Positions 11,157 to 22,866 of a stretch of DNA of 64,000 nucleotides are shown here, in pieces. The position numbers were made by a program, and so were the translations under genes. The stretch is from positions 5,580,001 to 5,644,000 of the forward strand of contig CP075494.1 of NCBI GenBank assembly GCA_021613535.1. The letters run 5' to 3'. The stretch comes from Adineta vaga (Eukaryota > Animalia > Rotifera). The stretch's first letter is position 1. Every line of letters begins with the position of its first letter. The notes under the pieces are model-generated. The model saw only the letters and a list, made by a program, of their open reading frames with translations. It had not been told where the DNA came from and made no database searches.

Positions 11157-14090
11157 TTATCGCGAATGCTTTTGTAATTCCTTTATAATATTATCGAAAT
11201 TATTTCGTCGAGCTTCATTAACGGGAAGATTTCCCCATCGATCTTGATGTGTAACACCATCATAACCATATTTCATTAGAATTTTTATAACATTTAAATG
11301 TCCATTTGCTGCAGCATAATGCATTGGAGTTCTACCAAGATAATCTGCATAAAGTTCTCCTGTATTGAAATAACGTCGAAAAAATAATCCATCAATGCGT
11401 TCGGATTGACCAGAAGTAACTAAAGTTAAAAGAAAATGAATTTTATACCATTTATGCAATAGAGAAACAATCTCATGCTCATTTTCTTCTGTTGTTCGTT
11501 GAAATTCTTTGTCTATATTTTCCATAATAAAATTACACACTTGAAAATGTCGATTACGATAGGCATCATCTAACGGTGTTATACCCCATCGATCTTCTTT
11601 CAACATAATTTGTTGAAAACGTGTTTTTTCAGTAAATTTTGCTATGAATTCAATAGTTTCAAGTCTTCCATCGGAAGCGGCAACATGTGCAATCGAACGA
11701 GAATCGTAATCAAGACATTCGGACGCATTTAAATGTGGAAATTGTTGAAGAAAATGTGATACTTTCTTATTATCATTCTGAGCAGACACGATCCAAAATA
11801 ATGAAGGTAATAAAATTTCATCTAAACTTTTCACTAAACTTCTATCATCTTGTTTTTCCGTCGTTTTTCCTTTTGGCATTGGCATTGAAATAAATTTTTC
11901 TGGATTGATACTCAATGGATTATGTTGATGTGCTAATTTATCTAATAAATAAATTTGTATCGTTGAATCTGGTAATGTTAATGCATAGTCAAGTGCTGTG
12001 CGATGAGAATGATCAGGTATATCATACCAAACACGAGTTTTTTCAACTAAATAAGTAACAATATCAAACTGATTCGTAAGAACAGCGACATGTAATGAAT
12101 TTTTTCCATCATAATCTCCTATGTTGGGATTTAAACCGCATGAAATCAAACATTTAACAGCATCAAGATTTCCTTCGAATACAAATGCGTTCATATAGAA
12201 TGCTAATTCTCGAGATTTATCACCAGGTAATCGTGCACCATGAAGATAAAGATATGCAAGTAAATGAAAATGTCCATTCCATAAAGCATCAAATAAAGGT
12301 GTATTTCCATGTCGATCAACTAAATTAATATCAATTTTAACATGATCGATAAGCCATTTGGTTATTTTAAAATTTCCTTCCGATACACTAATATGTAATG
12401 GACTACGATAATTTTGGTCAGCGAATCGAGTAATATTCTCTTGTTTAATTAACATTTTTAAAGAATTAAAATCGTTGAGATAAACATATGAACACATTAA
12501 TATCGGAAGAAATTCTCCTTTGATTTTCGACAATTCTTCCCAAGTTAACTCATCATCGGTTGATAGGGAAAGATTTGTTAGATGATTTAAAAAATAAAAT
12601 TGATTTTTTATCAATTGTGAAACACGATAACGTCGATAATGATCTTCAGGAATACTAACTGATGTAACTTTAACGGCAATTAATTTGTTCGAACCAGCAA
12701 TCAAGCAAAATATCCAACAAATAAAAGTAAATGGAAATGTTAATGTTGGCATACCAACTGGATTTAAATAAGCTGAAATAGCACCTTGAAGAAGTATTGT
12801 CATTAATGATCCGTACAATGTAAATAACCAAATACTATAACCATAGAGAACAAAAAACATACCACCTAATGCTTGACATGTTAAAACAGTATTATAACCC
12901 CAAAGACCAGCATGAATCGATTGAGGCGATACACCTAGAAGATATGCAGCTATTAATTGACCTGTGACACTACCAAATAACGCGAAGAATGCTAATATTC
13001 GAGAACAAAGACAAACACCGACAAGAATAATTGCACCGGTATATGGACTTTCAATAAAATAGACTTGAGCAATACCAGCAAAGAAACCGACAAAATTATC
13101 TTCGACTGAATAACCGGGAAAGGTAACATTAGCTAAGTCAGGTTTTATATTGAATGTTGTTAATACGGAAGGAGATAATATTGTACCATCAATAAAGAAA
13201 TATCGATATCTGAAAGAGCCAAGTAACCACATCCAAGTACAAATTTGAAAACTAAATGTATATGGTGAAATTTCAAGCTTTTGTACGAGAACTTTACCAA
13301 TTGCCATGGCAAATATTGATGAAAATATACTCATAATTATAATTGGAGGAATCATTTGTGGTGAATGTGGAAAATTAAAATAAGCAATTCCCATTGCAGC
13401 TAAACATCCATTATATCCATATAGGCCTGATCGTATAGCACTCATATTAAATCCTAAAACATGTGCTGTAAATGTTGATACTGTTGTACCAAGAAGAGCA
13501 TATAAAGCTAATTCCCAATTTCCAATAAATAATCCAATGGTAATAATAATACCTGATAGAGGATTATTAGCAAACATAACTTGACTGATGCCACGAAAAA
13601 CTGAATCGAAAAAGATAAGTGTCAATCGATGATAGGGATGATTAGGAAGAAAACCATCTTGAGAATAGATATGATCCATTCCTGACATTGTTCCAAGAAA
13701 TGTTCGCCAAGTTAAACGATATTTTTTTCGTCGAGGTGGACGATGTCGATCAATATAAGAAAGAATGCGGTCAACACTTCGTTCATCAACTTTCAAGTGC
13801 GTTTTTTCATGTTCAGTTTTTCGAGAAAAAAGAGCACGTTGTTGTCTTGATGGACCTTCACCTAAATAATTTTCGGCAGTATTTAAACCTGATGACCATG
13901 CTCGATGTTCCGCTGGCTGGTCATGTTCATCTTCCGGAATCAAATTCAATGTTACATAATTTGAATGATGACCATGCGGAACTGCTGACCAACTACGAAG
14001 TTCTTTAATATCATTATCATTTGAAGAAATGATGGCTAGAAGAAAAACAATTGACTCGATGATTAGTTTGTTTTTGTTGATAAAAAACAC
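11157..14090 (-). CDS. Urea transporter (UT/SLC14 family) fused to C-terminal ankyrin repeats; true start exon uncertain
   Basis: UT motifs RGISQVMFANNPLSG, GLYGYNG, GIAQVY, GLWGYN, PTLTFPF and SIPEDH. Ankyrin pairs such as DYDSRSIAHVAASDG..DRWGITPLDDA and DYLGRTPMHYAAANG..DRWGNLP. Confidence 0.9.
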   Translation of the reverse strand: MFFINKNKLIIESIVFLLAIISSNDNDIKELRSWSAVPHGHHSNYVTLNLIPEDEHDQPAEHRAWSSGLNTAENYLGEGPSRQQRALFSRKTEHEKTHLKVDERSVDRILSYIDRHRPPRRKKYRLTWRTFLGTMSGMDHIYSQDGFLPNHPYHRLTLIFFDSVFRGISQVMFANNPLSGIIITIGLFIGNWELALYALLGTTVSTFTAHVLGFNMSAIRSGLYGYNGCLAAMGIAYFNFPHSPQMIPPIIIMSIFSSIFAMAIGKVLVQKLEISPYTFSFQICTWMWLLGSFRYRYFFIDGTILSPSVLTTFNIKPDLANVTFPGYSVEDNFVGFFAGIAQVYFIESPYTGAIILVGVCLCSRILAFFALFGSVTGQLIAAYLLGVSPQSIHAGLWGYNTVLTCQALGGMFFVLYGYSIWLFTLYGSLMTILLQGAISAYLNPVGMPTLTFPFTFICWIFCLIAGSNKLIAVKVTSVSIPEDHYRRYRVSQLIKNQFYFLNHLTNLSLSTDDELTWEELSKIKGEFLPILMCSYVYLNDFNSLKMLIKQENITRFADQNYRSPLHISVSEGNFKITKWLIDHVKIDINLVDRHGNTPLFDALWNGHFHLLAYLYLHGARLPGDKSRELAFYMNAFVFEGNLDAVKCLISCGLNPNIGDYDGKNSLHVAVLTNQFDIVTYLVEKTRVWYDIPDHSHRTALDYALTLPDSTIQIYLLDKLAHQHNPLSINPEKFISMPMPKGKTTEKQDDRSLVKSLDEILLPSLFWIVSAQNDNKKVSHFLQQFPHLNASECLDYDSRSIAHVAASDGRLETIEFIAKFTEKTRFQQIMLKEDRWGITPLDDAYRNRHFQVCNFIMENIDKEFQRTTEENEHEIVSLLHKWYKIHFLLTLVTSGQSERIDGLFFRRYFNTGELYADYLGRTPMHYAAANGHLNVIKILMKYGYDGVTHQDRWGNLPVNEARRNNFDNIIKELQKHSR

Positions 14091-15220
14091 ATCATCACTC
14101 CATGTATTGATGAGAAAGAAAAAGACAAATCATCATTTTGCATTTACTCTTAAAAAAAGACTCTTCTCTCTCGTCGATAGATAGATAGATAGATTAGTTG
14201 GACGAAAATATCAGGATTCTGATTTTGTGAGGAGATATACTGTTGTTTTTTCCTACTTACACAATCGGTCTTGATCACCCATTCAATACGAAAGATATGT
14301 ATATTATTTGATAATGTATGTGTGAAACGATTGATAATACAATTATATCAAACTTATTGAGTTATATGTGCGTCTAAAATGTTTTTTTTTTCTTTTTATG
14401 AAAAATGACGTCTTGCTATTATTATTATTATTATTTAATGAGATTTGTGTTTTCGCATCATTTGTTCGCTCTATTGAATAAGCTTTTTCAAAGAAAATAA
14501 TCTTTACACGTTGAAACGACAGTAGATAATATATCTACAATAACACGGAGAGGTGCGAATCAGTCATTGGATATTTCTCAATAACATAATAACAGCTAAT
14601 TGTAGAGGAAAACAGTACGATTGAATATGAACACATCTTCTATATTTCACTTCGGAGTTAATGGTAATCAAACCTTTCTTTATCGTCTAATAAAAATCTT
14701 TTGATATGTACGAATGTCATTATTTTTTTACGAAATTATCAAATCTTCAATTACCTCCACCTTTCTATGCAATACCTATAATCATTAACTTTCTTTGTTC
14801 TCATCTATATCGACGAATAATTATTCTTATTAAACATTCAAATCAAAACAATGAATGTTAAATAGATATAATCACATCAAATATAATATTTCTCGAGGAA
14901 AGAAAACATTCGAATGATAATTAAAGTATGACTCTTTTCTTCGTGATAAAGGTCATATTTTTCTCATCCTTTGAGAGTGACAACTACGCCGAGATGCTTA
15001 TTATATTGTTTATTTCGCACATTGTGATTCATATTCGTATGTTATTGCTGGATCATCAAAACTTTTAGTCGTTGCCTTTCGTCATCAAATATTTTGATAA
15101 CAATTCTATGATGTCAATATCATCAATGAAAGTTTTGAATTGAATTCTTTTTCTCAGAATAGCAGAAAATAAAAAAAAACTTATACGGTGATAGATAAAT
15201 TAATTAAATAGATGATTTTT

Positions 15221-16207
15221 TCAATATTTCTGTGATAGAACAGCCATCATACGAGGTAAAACATTTGTTAATGCAGCACTCCAACATGGAAAATCATGTC
15301 CTCCTTTACAACCTTGACCAATCGATGCTCCATTACCATAATCATTAAAATATACAGGAATATTCAATGATTTAAGTGTATCACGCATACGATAGTTTGT
15401 ATCACGAATAGTTCCTTCAAGAATTCCTTGATTACCTGTATAAATTGCCAATGTAACACCTTTTAATGATGCTGCATGTGTAATGGGATTTTGTGCGATC
15501 CATCCTTCTTTAGTCCATGGTAAAAGTGCAGCACCAAATGGTCCATCCAGAGGTTTTCCGTCGATAGTTACTGAACCTAAAATACCAGCTTGAATTCGTA
15601 AATCAAGTAAATCAAGTGCACCAGACAAGCTAGCAGCAAAAGCAAATCGATCAGAATACAATTCAGCATAACGCATAGCACCGAATCCACCCATTGAAAG
15701 ACCAATTAAAGCTCGTCCTTTCTTTTCATTCGTAGTTCGAAGATTTTGATCTATCCATGGTACTAATTGTTCCATATGAAATGTTCGCCAATTTTGTGGA
15801 GCAACATGACCAGGATTCACCCAATTTGTATACCATCCGAATTTTCCGCCATCAGGCATGACTGTAATTACAGAAGAATGACCGAGAATAGTTTGTGCTT
15901 TGCCGCTTGCTGTCCAATCAGCAGCATTACCAAGACTACCATGAAATAGATAAAGAACGGGATATCGACGAGTTTTACCACTACTCATATAATCACGTGG
16001 AAGAAGTATACGAACTTTTTGATCACCTCGTACAGCAGTTGTTGATAGAGTTAATTCATAAAGTTCATTGTTAAGTTTAGAAACAGAACGTACAGTGATA
16101 CCACGTGATGAAACAAAATTAGGTGCATCACTTAAACAAATAACTGTCAAATAAGATAGGATTATTGAAAGTATGGCGAAAAGATGGATACAAGTCATAA
16201 TTGACAA
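15221..16207 (-). CDS. Secreted alpha/beta-hydrolase esterase (antigen-85 / putative esterase family), bacterial-like
   Basis: Signal peptide, YPVLYLFHG, GWYTNW, GLSMGG nucleophile elbow, GGHDFPCW His motif. Intronless. Confidence 0.85.
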   Translation of the reverse strand: MSIMTCIHLFAILSIILSYLTVICLSDAPNFVSSRGITVRSVSKLNNELYELTLSTTAVRGDQKVRILLPRDYMSSGKTRRYPVLYLFHGSLGNAADWTASGKAQTILGHSSVITVMPDGGKFGWYTNWVNPGHVAPQNWRTFHMEQLVPWIDQNLRTTNEKKGRALIGLSMGGFGAMRYAELYSDRFAFAASLSGALDLLDLRIQAGILGSVTIDGKPLDGPFGAALLPWTKEGWIAQNPITHAASLKGVTLAIYTGNQGILEGTIRDTNYRMRDTLKSLNIPVYFNDYGNGASIGQGCKGGHDFPCWSAALTNVLPRMMAVLSQKY

Positions 16208-17172
16208 CGATATTGCAATTTATATAGATTATTTATAGGGCAAACGATCGTATGATAAGAAAAGTAACAACATTTAGAAACAGGTGATATCGTTCTCATA
16301 AGTTATAGGCCACTAACGCCTACAATGCAAGGACATATGGAGGGATGATCTAATTTATTTTTCTATCAGTACTATTCTTTTCTTAGTTCGGAATCAAATA
16401 TTATTGTCAAATAGTTATAGTCATATCTTTGATTCGATTTTCTGATGAATTGATATTCGACTATGAAAAAAGATATTTTCGTCACAAATATAATTAGTTT
16501 TGATTTACAATGTAAATTGTATCATTGCTACCACTGATGCTTTCTCAAATGTTATAAAATTCATATTTTCATCGCAAAACAATCATTTGAATATAAAACC
16601 ATTTGTAGAAAGAAAAAAGAAAATGTTGATAGGAAGTAAATAAAGCACGAGACTTGTGTATTATCCTTTAATATCGTCTATCGAGCAATATTACAGTTGT
16701 TAGTAAGTCAAATTCTATATCCTTATTCTCCTCTAACGTATGTTTATAGTTTTCGATAATAGTGTAAACATGGGATTTAATAATTCAAAGGCAAACATTC
16801 TTGCATTAGAAAAACGATAAGTGCTTCACAGATTGAAATTGAAGATATTATATTCTAGAAAATTTAGCAACACCACGACGACGAGCACATACAGTAACAG
16901 TAGCTTCTTATTCATCCAACTATAGTGAGTATATGCATTTATACAAATGTAAAAGTCATTCATGATCGATATATAAAAAGAAATGCAGAAATCGTTTCAG
17001 TAAGTATTGCCATTAGGTAGATATGAGTACATTGGTGTTTTTTTTTCTTATAGCTGAACCGTGGCGTCCGTGTCGATATGAATCACAATGGGATATTCAC
17101 GTGAATAAAATAAATACTTTTCATACTCTAAAATTTCATTACTATGAACTTTTTTTTATTTGACAATATCTA

Positions 17173-19881
17173 TTAGAAATATTCAGCAAGTCCTAAACGT
17201 CGTTGCTCATATTCACAAGGACATATACTCGAGTATTTACTACACACGTATTGTTTTGCATTGCCAGATGAGATTGATAAACTATCCGAAGTCAAACCAT
17301 AAAATTGTTCTAATCGTCTACAGCGTAGTTCGAGTGATAAATAGTGTAAAACATTTACCCTTCTTCCATTTAAATCTTCGTCTGATAAAAATACATGCTG
17401 ATCGTACTTTTCATCAATCGCAGAATATGGCCATCGAAAAGCATGAAAAAAGCTCGTTTCATTGATCAATTTTTGTTGCACATAATTTTCAAAATTTTGA
17501 ATATTTTTGATTGAGTCAATCATATTTGTCATAGTTTCAACATTGATTATTACACTAAATGAGTGCCAATCAATAAAACGTTCAAATGGAAGTACAATAC
17601 TTTCAGCTAATATCAATGGAATTGCACCGAAAGAAATCGATTCATACAGACGAGGTGACCATGGACTCACGCCTTCAAGACATAGGTGAAATATACTTGA
17701 ACGAATCGAATTCACATAATTATTCGATGTTTGATAACCATCAATAAATATCAAAGTATTCAATTCTTTCTTACCGAATATGGTTTTATTTTTATAGATA
17801 CGTTTCTCTCCAATTGTTTCTCGAACGAAAGATGAAAATCGTTGTCGAACTGAATCTTGTGAATTGGATTTATTTACTGTGCCAGCAAAGAATAAAAGAT
17901 TCTTCTTCTGTCTGTACCATTGATTCCAATCATAGTTCATCGTTACCGGTTTATTATTCAATCGTTGTAAACGATTGAACGGTGGAATGATAATATCATA
18001 GTTATGACGATATATTGGCGTTATATTTCTATGAAGATACAGAGGCTGTGCATAGTAAGGTAATAAATCTTGTCTAAAACCTGTTAATCCTAATTGAATG
18101 ACATTCTTGAGTCGATCTTGTATTGTACGATTTTGAACAACACCCATATTCTTTCCAAGTGTGAACGCTATCAAATGATTTGAACCAAATGTCATATTCC
18201 AAAAAGGAAACAGTTTTTCAATATTGATCAATAATGGTAGAAAATATTCGTGATTTAAACGTTTATAAAATGCTCGATATTCGAAATCTGTTAATGTTGA
18301 TCGATAATGATCAAGAGCCATACACGCATAATCATGTGGAATTATATAATAATCTGCTAGAAGAGGATCTTTCGACCAGATGATATCATGTTGAGATTTC
18401 GGATAGATGTTTTTCAATCGTTGAAAATAATCTTGTAAGATATATTCGACGGAATACATTTGATTAGCATGGACATTTCGACCACAATCCGTTTTCATTG
18501 TGGTTGAATAATTGCGATAGTGATCATTTTGAATAAGTTCAGATTTATTGTACATCCAAATACGTAAAGGTCTACGAAGAAGATCTTCAATTTTATATTT
18601 AGATCGATAAGTATCAATCTCATTCAACCAATCAACTGTCCGATCAAGATGTTGAGATGTCATCGAATGTTGACCATAAAGATCACCACAAATCTCTTCA
18701 CATATATCAAATCGAAATCTTTTCCAATCTTGGACGTAATCATGAAAATGGTGCTGTTCGATATCTGACCATGTTTTAGTTACATTCGGAAATTGTGTAT
18801 AATATAAAAAGTTTATTTTCATACACCAACAAGTATTTAATGTTCGATTCTTTGTGATATACTTCGCTTTCGTATGATGTTTATAAAAAAATTGAGATGA
18901 CCATGGTTTACAAAACCATTTATTGAAATTTTTATGCATATAATCAGAAGATATCGGTACTGGAGTAGAAATGGAAAGTTTAATACTCTCATTATGAGTA
19001 AGAAGTGAACCACCAAGACGAAAAGCATCTTTCCGAATATCGAATATAAGTTGCAGGTAATGATCTAATTTCAATAAACGATCATTCGTTGCATGAATAA
19101 AATAGGTTGGTGGAACAGGATTGAAATAATTCTTTGATTGATTATGAAAAAGACAATAATTATTTGTTATGAAACTTTTTCGTGAACAAAAATCAAAATA
19201 AAACCAATTAGCAAATATGGGATCTAGTACAAGTCGATTTTGTATTTCTCTATCATAGTCAGAATGAATAAGTAAACTTGGTTTATAACCTGGATATATA
19301 TATAAAATCTGAGCTTGAATTGGAAGAACACGACTAAGTAATGAACCCATACGTGAACCTTGACTAAGACCAAAAAGATAAAGACGAGGATAATGTTGAA
19401 ATTCTTTCAAATAAATACTCTTCATCCACATTCGAAAGGTCACATCGATCCAATAGACATCTCTATTCTTCTGTATAGGCATTCTTACAGTGTAATCTTT
19501 TTTATTTGTACATAGAGCAAGAATAGAATAGCCAGCGGAACGCATTTTTGAGAGAATTTTATCACCTACAGAAAATCCCCACCAATCGATACACGAACGA
19601 CCACGACCAGTTAGTAGAAGAATAAGACGTGATTCATTTGACGAATTTTGTTTTAAGTTCAATTCATAACGATATTCATAATGATACGAAGATGAAAGTG
19701 GATAAAATATCACATGATGTTTAGCGATTTCGACGGGTTTACATCGAGAATGATTCGCTTTTATTTGAATTGCATAAAAAGAATTTAATATTTTGTTTTG
19801 ACTTCGCATCAAATAAACAGTTGCAATTAGAAGATCAAGTAAAATTATGAAATATACAATACTTCGTACATCAAATTCCAT
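17173..19881 (-). CDS. Type II membrane protein: alpha/beta-hydrolase domain fused to an exostosin-like GT47 glycosyltransferase domain
   Basis: N-terminal TM. Hydrolase motifs GLSQG, PPTYFIHATND and QHSMT. GT47 motifs LRIWMY, DPLLADYYIIP, LLFFAG and SSIFHLCLEGVSPWSPRLYESISFGAIPLILAESIVLPF. Confidence 0.8.
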   Translation of the reverse strand: MEFDVRSIVYFIILLDLLIATVYLMRSQNKILNSFYAIQIKANHSRCKPVEIAKHHVIFYPLSSSYHYEYRYELNLKQNSSNESRLILLLTGRGRSCIDWWGFSVGDKILSKMRSAGYSILALCTNKKDYTVRMPIQKNRDVYWIDVTFRMWMKSIYLKEFQHYPRLYLFGLSQGSRMGSLLSRVLPIQAQILYIYPGYKPSLLIHSDYDREIQNRLVLDPIFANWFYFDFCSRKSFITNNYCLFHNQSKNYFNPVPPTYFIHATNDRLLKLDHYLQLIFDIRKDAFRLGGSLLTHNESIKLSISTPVPISSDYMHKNFNKWFCKPWSSQFFYKHHTKAKYITKNRTLNTCWCMKINFLYYTQFPNVTKTWSDIEQHHFHDYVQDWKRFRFDICEEICGDLYGQHSMTSQHLDRTVDWLNEIDTYRSKYKIEDLLRRPLRIWMYNKSELIQNDHYRNYSTTMKTDCGRNVHANQMYSVEYILQDYFQRLKNIYPKSQHDIIWSKDPLLADYYIIPHDYACMALDHYRSTLTDFEYRAFYKRLNHEYFLPLLINIEKLFPFWNMTFGSNHLIAFTLGKNMGVVQNRTIQDRLKNVIQLGLTGFRQDLLPYYAQPLYLHRNITPIYRHNYDIIIPPFNRLQRLNNKPVTMNYDWNQWYRQKKNLLFFAGTVNKSNSQDSVRQRFSSFVRETIGEKRIYKNKTIFGKKELNTLIFIDGYQTSNNYVNSIRSSIFHLCLEGVSPWSPRLYESISFGAIPLILAESIVLPFERFIDWHSFSVIINVETMTNMIDSIKNIQNFENYVQQKLINETSFFHAFRWPYSAIDEKYDQHVFLSDEDLNGRRVNVLHYLSLELRCRRLEQFYGLTSDSLSISSGNAKQYVCSKYSSICPCEYEQRRLGLAEYF

Positions 19882-20321
19882 ATTTATAATCTGTACAATG
19901 CACTGGAATTGAGATCGATACAAAATCCTTGAAATGTCTGTTCGTTTTTTGTTCTCTAATTTACAAATTCATACTGTTCGTGCATATGAAAGCGAAAAAA
20001 AAGGAATACTTACAACTATCTTCGTAAATATTATCGAATGAAATTAAGAAGAAATCGCGACTGTGACGCTCTCGCTTACATGTGCTGTACGCTTGCTATC
20101 TGTCCTTATTTCGATACATTTTGTTGCATTTTTATTACCTTTTCTTTCCTTCTATTGATGAATGAGTATATAAACGTATGTTTTGTATCAAAGCGACGCG
20201 ATTTAAGAAGAGATAAATAAAGGCGTAGTTCCATCAACGCATATATCTCTTCCATAAAAATCGTCACAACGACACAATCGGTTTTGAATAAACAAAATCT
20301 CGTACAAAAAAAAGACTAATC

Positions 20322-21386
20322 ATGCCATGCTCAAAAATGATCTTATTCAAAGCAATTGGTATTAGTTATTTCGTTCTTGCAAGTTATCATGAACCTTCAT
20401 TTATCTGCATTCCAATTCAATCATTTTTAGTCGCTTATTTTTTCTTCATTGTTGGTTATAATTTTAAACCGTTTTATAGTTTATGGAGTAAAATACGTTT
20501 CATAAAAGACAAAGCAGAACAATACATCCTCATGTACTTTGTCTATAACATTCTATTTGCACTTTTACGTACGTTTATTAATCTATATTTGGAAACAACA
20601 ATTCTAGGACCTTATCCGACGTTGTATAACTTCTTTCTTGAACCAATTTTTCAATCACGATTGTATCCATTAAGTGGATCAACATGGTTTTATCCACAAT
20701 TATTTCTAACAATTGTTATCGTTCAATTTATTTATTACAATAAAACGGAAAATATCTATATTGATGGAATGTATATCATTAGTTCAACTAGTTTATTTGC
20801 TATTGGAATTCATCAATTCGAAGTTCGAAATTATTTTCAAATACTTTTCATTCGCATAACATTTTCGTTAATTTTTACGTTTCTTGGTTATATTTACCAT
20901 CAATATTTCGAATCAAACAAAGAGAAATTATTTTTTACATCATTTTATTGTTTTCTCGCGTTTGCTCTTCTCAGTTGGATTCTTTATTTCTATCCGAACG
21001 TGCGATTTAATTATGTAAAAGCTGATTTTCAGCAACAACCTTTCTGGATTCCTATAATTCTCGGTTGTATTCATATTTATATTCATTTATTTTTAAGTTA
21101 CACTTTACAAGATATTCTAGACGAAAACGATATTCTTAATACCATTGCTAAAGAATCTTATCATATTATGTTTTTACATGGATTGTCATTTACATTGATA
21201 AATTTATTTGTTTTTAAATGTTTATTAAAGATGGATAATCAGATTTTTGAAATGTCTTTTCGATATAAACCAGATCTTACATGGCCATTCTATTTTGCAG
21301 GTGGCATTCAAATTCCAATTTTATTTATAAAATGTGTTCGATTTGTCAAAATGAAATGGTTTCCATTTTTATTTTCTTTCCTATAG
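20322..21386 (+). CDS. Multi-pass membrane acyltransferase family 3 (OafA/NodX-like O-acyltransferase)
   Basis: About 10 TM segments. KAIGI, FFFIVGY, STWFYPQLF and IAKESYHIMFLH motifs. Intronless. Confidence 0.75.
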   Translation: MPCSKMILFKAIGISYFVLASYHEPSFICIPIQSFLVAYFFFIVGYNFKPFYSLWSKIRFIKDKAEQYILMYFVYNILFALLRTFINLYLETTILGPYPTLYNFFLEPIFQSRLYPLSGSTWFYPQLFLTIVIVQFIYYNKTENIYIDGMYIISSTSLFAIGIHQFEVRNYFQILFIRITFSLIFTFLGYIYHQYFESNKEKLFFTSFYCFLAFALLSWILYFYPNVRFNYVKADFQQQPFWIPIILGCIHIYIHLFLSYTLQDILDENDILNTIAKESYHIMFLHGLSFTLINLFVFKCLLKMDNQIFEMSFRYKPDLTWPFYFAGGIQIPILFIKCVRFVKMKWFPFLFSFL

Positions 21387-21711
21387 ACAATAAAACATTC
21401 TATCTATCAGAATTGATACAATAGTAATTCCAAAAATAATCAAGTCTAAGATGATTCATGTTCTTATCGATCATAAAAATCCTAATTGGGAAAATTCTTT
21501 TCATGACTAAGATCGAGGCATGATAATGGAAATAAAAAACAAACCTTTTCTTTTCTTTTTTTGTACTTTAACATTAAATCACAGTCGAAACTTTTCCGCG
21601 GGTGTCGTCATAGTCAAACGTTAAAGCAACTATAAACACATACATACAAATGCTACTGTATAAAAGAGAACACTTGAAGACAATTCTCAAAAACACTGCT
21701 ACATCATTTCG

Positions 21712-22688
21712 ATGATGAAAACTACAAAAAGGTATGTATTGATTTCATTCTAACCGTCTATGATCGGCAATATAAAACATCTTTAGAAATATTATTACGG
21801 ATACCTTTTGTGTGGAATGTAATAGAACTGGACCAGGCCTTTTTCCATGTGCCGGTTGTGAGAATTCTTTTTGTTTCGAACAGTTGACAAAACATTTTCT
21901 CATTCAATTTTTGATTGGATCAATAAATGGGAACAAGAATCGATTGGTAAAATTCAACAAACAGCTGAATTAGCGAAGAACTTTATTCAGCTTATCAGAT
22001 GCAAAATTTCTTCGAGATCGAACTTATATAATGGACAGAACATGTAAATCAATTTCGAAAGGAACTAAATACACAATTAGCTGTAAAGGCTGTTACTGAT
22101 GATGCTTTATCACCTATTCATCTGATTAAAATAGTTTACACATCATCAACAACTGATCGTGATGTGAATGAATTAAAAAGCAATACGGATTGTTTCGAAA
22201 CGATTGCTGGTCCCCTTTTATTGTCGGAAGAGAATCGATTAGTAACCTATATCGTTAGTTTTTTTGGTACTTATGGTAGAGTTCGTTCTCTCAAACGATA
22301 TTCGAATGATATACACATGCTTCGTTTTCGAGTGAAAAATAAAGGAGATAATCCTATTTTTGTAGGGATTGTTTCTGAATCCAAACCATTTATTCCATGA
22401 ACTTATCGATTTTCATCAGCTTATGATTGGAGAGATATTGGTTTAGTAGTAAATCAAGGTCAATCAACAACTAAACTGACGAAAAATAAAACACAATATT
22501 TTCAGACTGGTGATGAATTACTTTTAACACTAGATTTAGATAGTAGACGTCTGATTTTGTTACATGAACGAACGAAAATATCTGATACATTAAATGTTGA
22601 TCTACAAAAATGTCCTTTACCATGGCAAATTGCTATTAGTATGGTTGGCATGAACGATCAAATGCGTTTAATTCATGAAGATAAATGA
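21712..22688 (+). pseudogene. Decayed B-box-like/coiled-coil/SPRY-like gene
   Basis: CVECNR..FPCAGCENSFC, INKWEQESIGKIQQTAE and FQTGDELLLTLD..CPLPWQ lie across shifted frames, with an in-frame TGA at 22398-22400. The first intron (about 21732-21787) is intact. Confidence 0.65.
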
Positions 22689-22866
22689 TTTTTCAGTTAA
22701 ATCGATTATTTTCTTTTAGTGAAACAATAAAGACGTTTAGTTCTTGATTTTCAACTATGTGCAGATAAGATTCACTAATTATTTAGCAAAAAGAACGATT
22801 TCTTCTCTTCTGTATCTCGTATATAATGACCAAGTTTCTTTTGTCGTTTTATCTTCTTTTGTCATT

